A stretch of DNA of 64,000 nucleotides from Pocillopora damicornis (lineage: Eukaryota). Of the stretch, positions 39,390-50,700 are shown piece by piece. The DNA lies in contig NW_020845558.1 of assembly GCF_003704095.1 (NCBI RefSeq), forward strand, positions 496,001 through 560,000, given 5' to 3'. The stretch's first letter is position 1. The number at the start of each line of letters is the position of its first letter. Made by a program: the position numbers and the translations under genes. A model generated the notes under the pieces. The model was not told where the DNA came from and ran no database searches. It saw only the letters and a program-made list of their open reading frames with translations.

Positions 39390-40773
39390 AAATTATTATA
39401 AGTTCAGTGACGTTGTGTAAAGAAAGGAAAGTGTGAAACTAAATTAGAATAAGAATGAGGTGAAGTAAAATAAAACAACATTCAAAATTAAATGAACAGT
39501 TTCGCTGGAATGGAGTCTTTTTAAGTGTTCAGAGTCGCTCTTTTTCCTCGTGAAAAGCATCTCATAAATGAGGCACTCAAACTTTCCGCGACATTTCCTT
39601 AGGATGGCAAATTGCTCGAGAAGATTGTTCCGTGTTTGATTGTGTTCGTCCTGAAGATGTTTACCGATGACGGAATATTTGTGCTCCTCAGTGCGAAGGT
39701 GGAGGTGACGGTTCGTGTAGCCCTATATAATTCGCATCACAAGAATTACATAGTCAAACAAAACGCATTGTTGGTTTACCGGTGAGGGCTTTGTTTCCGT
39801 GACTTTTAAATCTTCCGAGATCCTCCTACTTGTGAAAACTAGTTGTAGTACACGGTCGATTTTCTTTCCAAAGTCCGGCTTAGCTGTCTGCTCACGGTGT
39901 CGGCGGATTTCTGGCCTTTGAAAGGCAAGATGATTCGTACCGGGCTGTCGATTAGCTCAATTCGGTTTTGATTCAACATGGCTCTGATAATGGCGTAGAA
40001 ACCCTTTGTTGGTCTATTTTCTGTAGACACAGGTGCTGAGGATTGCTGCTTCCATTGTAAATTGGATTGCTGAGTGTGCATCATTCTGAAATGAAAAGAA
40101 ATCAGTAGCAGCGGCAAGGTCGGGTACTAGAGCGAAGGTATTGTCGACGTATCTTCTGTAGAAATCGGGAAGCTTGTTTTCACGTGCAAGTTTCTCCTCA
40201 ATGGAGCACATAAAGGTGTTAGCCATTAGTGGTCCTAATGGTGAGCCCATGGCAACGCCGTCTATTTGCTTGTACAAATCACCGTTAAACTGGAAGAGTT
40301 AGTCTATAGTTGCGATTGTAAGCAGCTTGTTAAGCTGAACCTCACAAATGTTAAGGTCGTGTGTGTTGTTAAGCCAGTTCCCATTGAGTGCTTTCTTCGC
40401 TAAAATCTGAATAGTTTCTTCAAGAGGTACGTTAGTGAAAAGGGCTGTGGCGACAGATATAAACGATCGCAAATGAGAACTATGTTGATCGCGCCGACCG
40501 CTTGTCATCCTCACCGGATCCTTTCTCAAAAGAATGTCAGGATCTGAAAACAATGTTTCTGAAACTGAAAATCCTGGGAAGCTTATTGATTCTATGTTCA
40601 AGAGATTCCACGCTTCCCAAGACCAGAACATTGAACACTCAAAAAGACTTCACTCCGGCTAAACTGCTCATTAAATTATGAAGATTCTTTTGTTATACGT
40701 CACCTCATTTTTATTCTAATTTAGTTTCACACTTTCCTTTTTTTACACAACATCACTTAACTTATAATAATTA

Positions 40774-40816
40774 TACAGTTGATAATGGAGACATGTCGTC
40801 GCCGAAATGTCATGTT
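40774..40816 (+). ncRNA. Second, more mutated hammerhead motif in the inverted Penelope repeat
   Basis: UACAG-UUGAUAAU-GGAGAC-AUGUC-GUCGCC-GAAA-UGUC-AUGUU; inverted copy of 39347-39389. Confidence 0.55.
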
Positions 40817-42653
40817 TTATCTCGTTACTTTTTATTATGAAATGTTAATCTTTCGTTATCAGAACCGGAAATTGTTGACCATTATTTGTAACATCCGTGG
40901 AATGTTTCCCGAACCGTTCAGCCTGGCTGGGCTCTGCCTCAGCGTTTTCTTTCGATTTCCACAGGGCGGAGTGCTACTATGCGAATCAAACATATTTCTT
41001 ACCTTGCCTCTTTTAATAGAAAAATAGCAATAGTACGGTCAACAAAGGATGGTCGTTTGCGTGACTTCCGTGCCACACGGAAGTATGAAAGCGTGTTTCA
41101 GTCTGTGTTAGTGATATAAGTATATAGTTTCAAAACATTTTTAGATAGCGACGCCGTTGTTGTGGCTGGGTCACACTAGAAAGTGGCACGCTGCCAACCA
41201 CCAACGTTGATCTCAAGATCATTTTCGTTTAACGATTCGTTGGCTGTAGTGTTGTTCTCAGCCAAATTTATATTTTGCCTACGAGAACTGAGTAGCAACC
41301 AGACGGCTTTGGAGACTACGGATAAACATTTCCTTAAGGAAACGGGAGAGGAGACTATTGGGGTATTGAGCTATGTAAATTGGGAGAGGGAAGCAACATT
41401 GTGCCACCCTCCTCCCCCCTCAGAAACTCAGTCAATGAAAATTTATGGATGACGAACACACTTAGAATCATAGACAATAAATACATGTGCCTGACATGTG
41501 CTGACTTGATAATCATTCAAATAGATGTATTTATATCACGAAACAGTCACCAATTTGCCTCTTAAATATTATCACCTGAACTGTACTACAAATAAAATGA
41601 CGCTTATTTTGGAATTTTACTTTGGTTTTTCGTAAATTTTTTCGAGGAGTTCAACAACAGGGTGAATTTGCAAGGACGCCGCAGCGAAATCATGAATGAT
41701 GCCTTTTTCTTCCAAGAAAGGGTGTAGAGATAACATCTTCACGGTATCTTGGACGAATGACAATGAAAAGTGATTAATGTGTGAAGTTTGGGTCTAAAGA
41801 TCGTATTGTTTGAAACAGCCATGCGCCCCTTTTTGCAACTTTCCACGCTAGTGAAAGAAAGCGACTGGGTAAACCTATACAACCCTCTTGATCAAGTAGA
41901 ATACAGTTTCTTTGTCATGATAACAATATTTTTCTTAACTTCGCTGCTGTGTTATGGCTATAATACGGAAAGGAGCCAATGTCTACAAACTTATCAGTGG
42001 TAAACCGGTTTAACTGGAATTAAATAGCCCTTTTGTAAACTAGAAGTTTCCTGTTTTGAACTCACGCCGCGTCGTGAGTGAGTATTTTCTTTCGCGATTG
42101 TAACATCATCGTAATAACTCCAACCAATCAGCAGCGAGGAACCTTTCCGTCTGGAGTTAGTCTTCATAATAAATGTTCACATTTCTCTCCGTTGAGCGCA
42201 AAAGTTAAAAAATTTCAAAGCTGTTTGACCCGGCAACCTCTGAATTTCTGAGAATTCATGCCCCTAAACATGTTTTCGAATGTTGTCTTCAGAAAAACTC
42301 TTTCAGGAGATTATTAAAATCTGATCAGAACGGTCAGACTCTAAACTGATCAGACTCGGAAATTCTGGAAATATTTCAACTCTGATCAAAAATCGTGTAT
42401 TCCCTTCGAGAGGGAATACACGAGAGAGGCCTTTCACGATCCGAGTTGCAGTTGAATAACGAAAACCGGCAAATTTCATGATAACATGAATGGAATGTTT
42501 TTAATAATAACTTTACTATGCAGCCCTTTGTCTCGTGGTCAAAATAATTATGCAGTTTCCAAAGACCAGTGATCCGTAATATCGAGCACGCGGATATACC
42601 GCCCAGTCTGAGCAGTGTTAGAAGCAACGAGTTTAAGCGTTGAACGGCTTGCC

Positions 42654-44655
42654 ATGGCGAACAAAGGGGTCGAGTTATACCCAGTTGGCTATGATAGCCG
42701 CGCAGGTTTGGCAGATTCCGAGATCAGGCAAAGTAAGGCAAGTTTGGGTAACAATGGAGAGCCAGAAGTTGAATACGTAGAAGAACGAGAGACTTGGGGG
42801 AGAAAGCTGGATTTTTTGCTTTCGTGCATCGGATACGCCGTCGGTCTAGGAAACGTTTGGCGCTTTCCTTATCTTTGTTACAACAACGGTGGAGGTAAAT
42901 GACATTGTGTGTGTCGAGTCGTTCTACGTACTACGCCATTTAATACTACAAACAAGTTATGCATAATGAGCAACAGAAGTACTTCACGCCTTCTTGTTAA
43001 CTTTTTATGGGTAGTGCATCGCTGAGCACTGAGTTTATGGAAAAAAATATCTCTTTTATTTCGAATAGAAAATTTTCTAGCAATCGGAAGCGTGCTAATT
43101 CCGTTCTGAAGTCGCCGGTACACAGAGCAAATCCAAGGAAGCGCGGGAACGTAGCGTGACCTAGTCGACAGCTCTCGAGAGTGAATCAATCAATTGAAGG
43201 AACCGTCATATAATCCGCCAGCTAAAGATATGAACGACTTGCCAGTGCCTTTTCAATTGCTTACTGTTCAGAAAATTCGATCTTACAGAGTTAAACGCAA
43301 AATGGAATTCTGTTTTAGGAAACCCAAGGCTTAGACGAACAACCTTAAATTTGCATAATTATTCAAACTCACATCTTTTTGTTTTAATCTGCTGTTCAAA
43401 GTCCTGTACAATTAGATATTGATCGACTAGTTCTTCCCTAAACGGATACATATGAAACCCTTTTTTTATATGAAATTAGACACGCTGATATTAAATTCTA
43501 AAGAGTAACCCGACATTGCAAAGTCCTTTCGGTCGTTCAACTGTGTATTGGCGCCACTATTATACTGAACGCGAACCATCGTCATCTTCTGCTCACGTGA
43601 ATAATTTTAAGGAAGGATGAGTATCCAGTTTCATAAAAAGACTCTAACCTTATTCATACACATTTAGTTACTAGACTACTCACAGTTATCTTTGTCTCTA
43701 CAACTGCACAACCGGCATAAGATTCGTAACATTATGCAATGGCCTTGAACTCGACTACTCGATGACATAACTTATCTGAACACTTCAAGTCTTAAAAAAA
43801 GATTTCCTGTTTACCAGCGTGAGGTAGTAAGGAAATCTCATTTCATTTTATTTCAATTGACAATGAAAAGTCGCAATGATATCGCGTTGTGAAATCGCTC
43901 ATCGAACCGAAATTATTGAATAAAGCTCCTTTGTTCTTGAACAAGGCCTTACACAAAGACACTTAAATTTGTCATCAAACATATTCCTTTCGGAACAAAC
44001 AAATATTTCAAAACGAAATGACGATTTCAGTTTATTTAAATGCTATAAATGTTTTCTAAAATGGCTGTGTCATGCAATTTTCTAAGCAACCAATACTTAG
44101 AATAGATGGAATGTGTATAGAATGTGTACAGAAAAGTATCCTGCAGAAATCCTGAAGTACAAAAGAGACAAGTCGAAAATAATTGAAACAAATCTTTCGT
44201 TGTTCTTTTGCTTCTCGTTGCAAATTTCTACAAATCTTGCAAATCTGTTTATCGCCTGCTATTCTCTGTTCTTCCGAGTGCTCGAATCGCACGTGGTTAA
44301 TTACAACCAAGTGCTCAACAATACCGGTTTATAACTTAACTTAAGTGCGCCGTCGAATTTACATTTTGATACCTAGTTACCATATCATTATCCTAAGAAT
44401 CAAATAACCATGACGTGGCGGATCAGTCAGTATCTGTCACCTGAGGGGGGAGGGGGAAGGATTCTAGGGGGTATCGGATGGTGATCACGGCGAACGGGAG
44501 TGGAGGAGGTCAGTAGTCATCAATAGAGTGTAAAAGGGGAACTATAGATACTTGATAATGTGGGGGTATTATTAATATTACAGAGCATTATAGGTAAGGA
44601 AAATTTGATCGTGGCACGGCAAAAATCATCCGTCCCCTTCCTCCCATAACGCCCT

Positions 44656-44701
<46 letters not shown>

Positions 44702-47700
44702 CCGCGCCCTGCGGCGATAAATATCTACAGGTTCCTAAATCTTCCCAAGAACCGAGCCTCACGCCGTTAAGTATGGTCATTCATTTATCACGAGCGCTGC
44801 ATAAGGAAAAAGCTGATTTTCTCATGATAATTTAAAATCTGAAGCTCCGAGGGAATCTTCCGAGAGAAATCAGACGCCATCGTTATCGGACACTCGAGAA
44901 TGTTAAGAACATATTTCTAATTCTTAGTATTTTGTTTATTAACGGCAGCTGGGAGTAACGAAGCGTAATCAATTTCAGCTTTCCCTATTAATTTTTGCTT
45001 TTAAAATTTTTGCTCGCAGTTTCACTTGTTTGTAAATTAATAAAAATCTGATGGGCCATAATGTAACTGTTTAAAAGAATAAGGTTAAAGCTTAAGATAT
45101 TTTTTTTTCACAACTTTTAACTCGATGAATTTCTCTTTTTTGGCTTGTTCAGCTTCCTTCCTGATTCCTTACGTGATTTTCTTGGTGTTTTGTGGAATTC
45201 CCATTTTCTACCTGGAGGTCGCCCTCGGTCAGTATACCCAACAAGGCGTGGTCGGTGCCTGGGCAGCCTATGTTCCCTTCTTGGGAGGTGAGATTTATAC
45301 TGCTTGTTTTGCTTCATTAATCGTGGAGTGTATAAAGAATATTAATATGGTTGAAATAGTAAAAGTCAATACATACTCTGCGATGACACAAGTTATGGAC
45401 GTTGACTTACAGATGTTTTTCTCATATCCAATTCCAAATATAAAATATTGAACGCCAACTGTGTTGTAACGGTCTTAATTTCTGAAGCCGCTTTAACACA
45501 GCTAAAACGAAGGGAACAGAGAAGGAATATGTATCGTAAATGGCTGATTACACATGGAAATTTCACCAACAGTTGTGCCTTTCTAATGGAGACTTGTTCA
45601 ATTCGTGTTCTTCCCAGAAAATGAAACGTTGTCTGCGAACCTTATTGAGGGAGTGTTTAAAGTCATTTTTAAAAGGGGGTTACACACTATATCTTACTTT
45701 TGTTTAATCCTTATAAATTTCATGTACAATTCCTAATTTTGTTTAGCCTCTTTCAGGCTCACGGTTAATTGACGACTGCGACCGTCATTTTTCGCTTGTT
45801 CGCTCCTTCGCTCGTCTACTCTGAAGGAGAGCTAGGAATTGGCTAAGTGTGGTGAATTCTTAAACATCCGAGTAAAAACAAGAAAATAATGAGAAAATTA
45901 TAACTTCAAGTTTTCCTTTTGTGTAAAGGTTAACTTTCCTGTGTCCCAAAAACGACGTAAATTATCATGACATCTTTCCCTAAAATGTGCGTGATCTTAC
46001 TACAGGTATAGGCCTTGGCATGGTTATCATCACCTTTTTGTGCAGCGTGTATTACAATGTCATCTTGGCGTGGACATTTTACTACCTGTTTGCATCATTC
46101 CAAAAGCATCTACCGTGGGAAAATTGTGGAAATAAATGGAACACTGGCTTGTGTCAGTAAGTGAAATCTGTATTTACACTTTCTTTTGCATGCACGTGGG
46201 CCCAAATCTCTACACAAACAATTCAGTACGGTGATGTTGCATTCATAGACATATAATCTATCCAATAAATCTATTGAACAGGGAAGTAACATCTTTTATG
46301 CTCGGTTACTCTCCACCTTTTCTTTCATTCTATCTGTGGAGTAAAACTTTAGGCAAGATCAAAAAGAGGACTCAGAGTTCCTTTTTTTGCATATGTCATT
46401 TGTGGAGCGCCAACGAATTCTACATAATGATCGTCACAATAACTACATACAGTGAACGAAGTCTTTATGTATAAAATTATTAATTCATGCACTTAATATC
46501 TTATTTAAGGACAAACCGCTCAGCTTCCTGTGATAAAGACGATTGTGGGTGGGTCTCCCCAGAAGAAGAATATTTTAAGTAAGTATCATTACCTGAATCA
46601 GCTTTATCCAAAGACGAAGCTTACACGTTTGCCATAAGTTTGAATCAACAAGCATCAAACGGTTCTATAACTAAACACATCCGTACACCAAGTGATGTTT
46701 AACATTACTCTAAAGTCTGAGTGCAAGGTAATTTTTCAGCCAGATGCCAGAAACAAGTCAGTCTTAACTCTTTCCACCCTAACATCGATATGCCTTTTCT
46801 TCAAACTGTTCTCTATGTATTTCCTGAGGTGCCCACAAGGAGAACTTGCTTAAAAATAAAGAGCTTCCTTAGTTTGTGATTCAGGGGTGCATAAGGCTAA
46901 TAGCCATACAGTTTACAAAATAATTTAGATTGTTCTCTCCCATTATTAATACATGGCTTGTGATATTTGTCTTTAGCATATTGTAAACATCTCACGGATC
47001 GTTGAATTATTGATTCAAGGAACAGAAAATCAGTTGATCTGTCGATCGAGGTTGAAGGAGAAATGTTTCCCACGAGGGTAGCCCCTCACTAAAACTAAAT
47101 GATGTGGTACTACAAACTAAGCTTTATCTTAATAAATTGCGAATTTGCGTCAATTTTTCTTTAAGCGTAAAAGTCCTTCAACTAAGTGAAGGTATCCATG
47201 CTGCTGGTGAAGTGAGGTTTGAACTCGCCATGTGTCTTCTCCTGGGATGGATCGTTGTTTACTTCTGTGTCTGGAAGGGAATAAAGTCTGCTGGAAAGGT
47301 GTCTGTTTGAATCTTTTAATCCTGTTTGTTAAGTGACTTCGTCTCAGGACTTTCTCTCGTATCATAACATGTCAAGGAGTGTTGCTGAATCAAATTGTTA
47401 CTCCTCATTCTAGGCGAAGGGAAAATGTGGCTTTTAAGTGCCAGTGAGGATTAAAAATACATTGCAAGACAACTGGGAAAACGAATTGCAGTTTTTATTA
47501 GCTCTGCATTTGATTAGTTAAACAGAGGGCCCACATTTCGGAACCAACCAAGAGCGTGGAGAAGCAGACCCGATGTAATCGCAGTTGAAATCACCCACCA
47601 ATTAGAACTCAAGTATCTGTCTGTTTCCTTTCCTCCAGGTTGTTTATTTCACAGCCACGTTTCCATATGTGGTTTTGTTTATTCTGCTTATTCGCGGAGC

Positions 47701-50700
47701 CACCTTGGAAGGTGCAGCCAAGGGGGTTGAATTCTATCTGAAACCCAACATGACAAGACTGAGCGATCCGCAGGTAATGTGACATGTCGTGAATGTGGAA
47801 CTTTTTTTCACAGGACCCTTACTAGCGTCAAGTAGTATCTGTCTTATACAATGTAAGGTTTCACAAAATCGGTCTAAATTTTTTTTGGTCAGTTACAGCG
47901 TTAGCCATACACACGCATGATAAAGGAAGATTTTTTAAAACTAAATTCGATTGCGAGTATTGTTAAAGACAAAGAGGGAGCCTTTGTCTTATTTGATTTT
48001 GTAATTCAATGTCGCTTCAACATTCCATATTAACAAATCTGGCCCTGCATATTGCGTTTAAGAACTGGACATCAGCAATATAATAAAATCTATAATAGAA
48101 ATTCTTGAATCGTCCGCCTCATAAACATTTTCATTTAGGTCAAGGAAAGCATAAATTTTTGTGTCCTCATCGTCTGAAAACAGGTTCATTTTCAAAGACA
48201 ATATAGGAAGACCAGATAGGCACTTGAGCTGGTGTTGGTGGTGTTCAGGTTTCACCAGAATTCAATCAGACACCTGTTCTTAAGATCGGTGTTTGAGCTA
48301 CACTTTCTGATCAGTTACATGGTTATTGTCAAAGGTGTGGGTGTCGGCCGCTGGTCAGATCTTCTTCTCATTGAGTGTTGGATTTGGCGGGCTCATAACA
48401 TATGGCAGCTACAACAAATTTAAGAACAACTGTGAGAAGTAAGTGAACCACATGTCCTGTCCAGTTTCGTTCCACATTTTAACTGTCTTCAGTCTGTATT
48501 GCTTAAAACATTGTTCGCCTTGTAAGGAAATCTAGAGGGAGATCAACTCTTTACTNNNNNNNNNNCCAGTAATGTTTTTTCTTGTATGTGACAAACCAAT
48601 TCCCTCCAACGGCAATAAAATCCTCGGCTTAATTGTTCAATCGGTTAATTGTTCAAAGCGGGAAATATTATTAGCTCTTTCACTGCCATACATTGCCTAT
48701 AGTTTTAGTTCTGAGAATTTGGTAGTGGATCAAATGATAATCCCCTAATTGACATTCACATCACTTGTCTGCTCGATGTTGTATTGATATTGTGTGAAGA
48801 AACTATGTCTTGATCACTGCTGGGAGTGAAAGGGTTAGAGGCTATTAGAGAATGCCAATAAATCTTGTTTACTTGATTAAACCCCGTAAATCGTTAAAAG
48901 ATAACGCGTTATTGTAACTTTCGAATCCTCATGCCTCTTCTACAGAGACACGCTTATTGTGTCCCTTATCAACTGTGGTACAAGCCTTTTTGCTGGCTTT
49001 GTCATATTCACCATGATGGGTTACATGGCACATGTCCTTCAAACAACTGTTGGAAAAGTCGTCAAAGGAGGTACGTTTTGAGAAGATTGAAATAAAAACG
49101 GTTGAAGAGAGTTGACTTTATTTGTCAATGAACGATTCTAGTGCTGTTAAGCAATTTCCTCAGAGTTTATTGATATTTTTGTCACCCCAACGGTCAGTGA
49201 AACCGTGAACTCTTCGCACCCAAAGTTCATCGTGACTTAAATTCGCTTCACGTTGAGAGGAACTTGGCTACCTGGAATTAGAACAGTAGCCTAAAAGAAT
49301 GTTTCGGGCTGGAAACCTATGACTCAAATATCAACGTAGTAATGTGAGTCGTTAAAACTGTAGTAGCAAGGTAACGCGTTAACAAACGGAACTGAAAGTG
49401 CGCCGCGACTGTCTAAAAAGTGCAAAATTAAAACTGTGACGGAACGCAAGAATGTTTTAAAACTGCAAGATTACTTAATTTTATTTTTTCTCCACTTGTT
49501 CATTTTTTTGCTACGTAGGGCCTGGTTTGGCATTCATAGCCTACCCTGAAGGAATCAAGCAGATGCCTGCATCACCTTTCTGGGCCTTTATTTTCTTTTT
49601 TATGTTGTTCAATCTTGGACTGGACAGTCAGGTAAGTGTTTCTTGTCATGCATGCTGATCTAGATTTGAATTGTTTAACTATTCCCTGCACCTTTGTTGG
49701 TCAGTATTCCGGCAGTTTCTTTGGATAATTTGTGTCTCTCAGTAAACTAAAATCGCTGGTTATTTTATCATCGACTGTCTGTCACTATCTTAGTGACTGG
49801 CTCGTTTCTAAACTATGTTCGGGATAAAAATGACCATGCGCGTCATTTCTTTTCTTGATCCATAGCAGTGTAATTGGGGGTAAATTTTCAGAGGCCAGGG
49901 CATTTTTCAATGATAGAGTTTTTTTAATGCCTCCCTGTTTCGATTGCAACACAGTTTGTCGGTGTAGAAACGGTCACAACAGTGCTGGCAGACTGGAGAC
50001 CAGGCTTCCGTCGCTATAAATCCGTCATTACACTGGGTTTCTGTATCGTGTGCTACCTACTCGGACTTGCTCACGTGACTCAGGTAAGCGACGTGACGTA
50101 GCTTTTAAACTGGTAACGGTTATGATCTTGGACCAAGTGAAGTGATGGTCGTCACACTTGTAGACAAAATTTCAATGCGGGCGTGCACTGAGACGACCGC
50201 CTTCAAGGGGGTCCCCACGGGGAGACTGGGGCGGAAGTGTCTCAAAGGCTTGCCTCAGAATGTTCCTTGAGCCATTTTAGTGTTCTAGGGACCATTTATT
50301 ATTCATCGCTTTTTTTTGTTTTGTTTTTTTTGGGGGGGAAGGGGGTACTATAGAATATAACTGCCGGTGAGGGGCCGGGGAGGAGGGGTAATCGACATAC
50401 TACAAAGCCTTGGGGAGGAACAGGTTAATTTCATTGTGATACAAACAAAATCCTCCAACGCCCTTCCCCCTCCCCCTGACCGGTCCCTGGTGCAGAAACA
50501 AGAGATATTTCTCACCTCTAAATTTTGAACCAAAACTTTTGACTAAACAGCAAAACCGCCGTTGCTACACAGAAAACGAATACATTTGGTATTCGAGAAT
50601 TACTGCCACTGATCTTTTCTGTTTCTTGTTTTTTTTTTTTCCAGGGTGGCATGTACGTGTTTCAAATGTTTGATTATCAGGCAGGAGGGATATCCCTTGT

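Larger units (their letters stand above)
39333..40861 (-). mobile_element. Degenerate Penelope-like retroelement (RT + GIY-YIG) with inverted terminal repeat and 12-bp TSD
   Basis: Minus strand: TALFTNVPLEETI, YKQIDGVAMGSPLGPLMAN, YRRYVDN (RT), then GYTNRHLHLRTEEHKYSVIGKH and FAILRKCRGKFECLIYEMLF (GIY-YIG), with stops and frameshifts. The 3' end (~39333-39545) recurs inverted at ~40620-40830. GAACCGGAAATT flanks both sides (39321-39332, 40862-40873). Confidence 0.88.
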
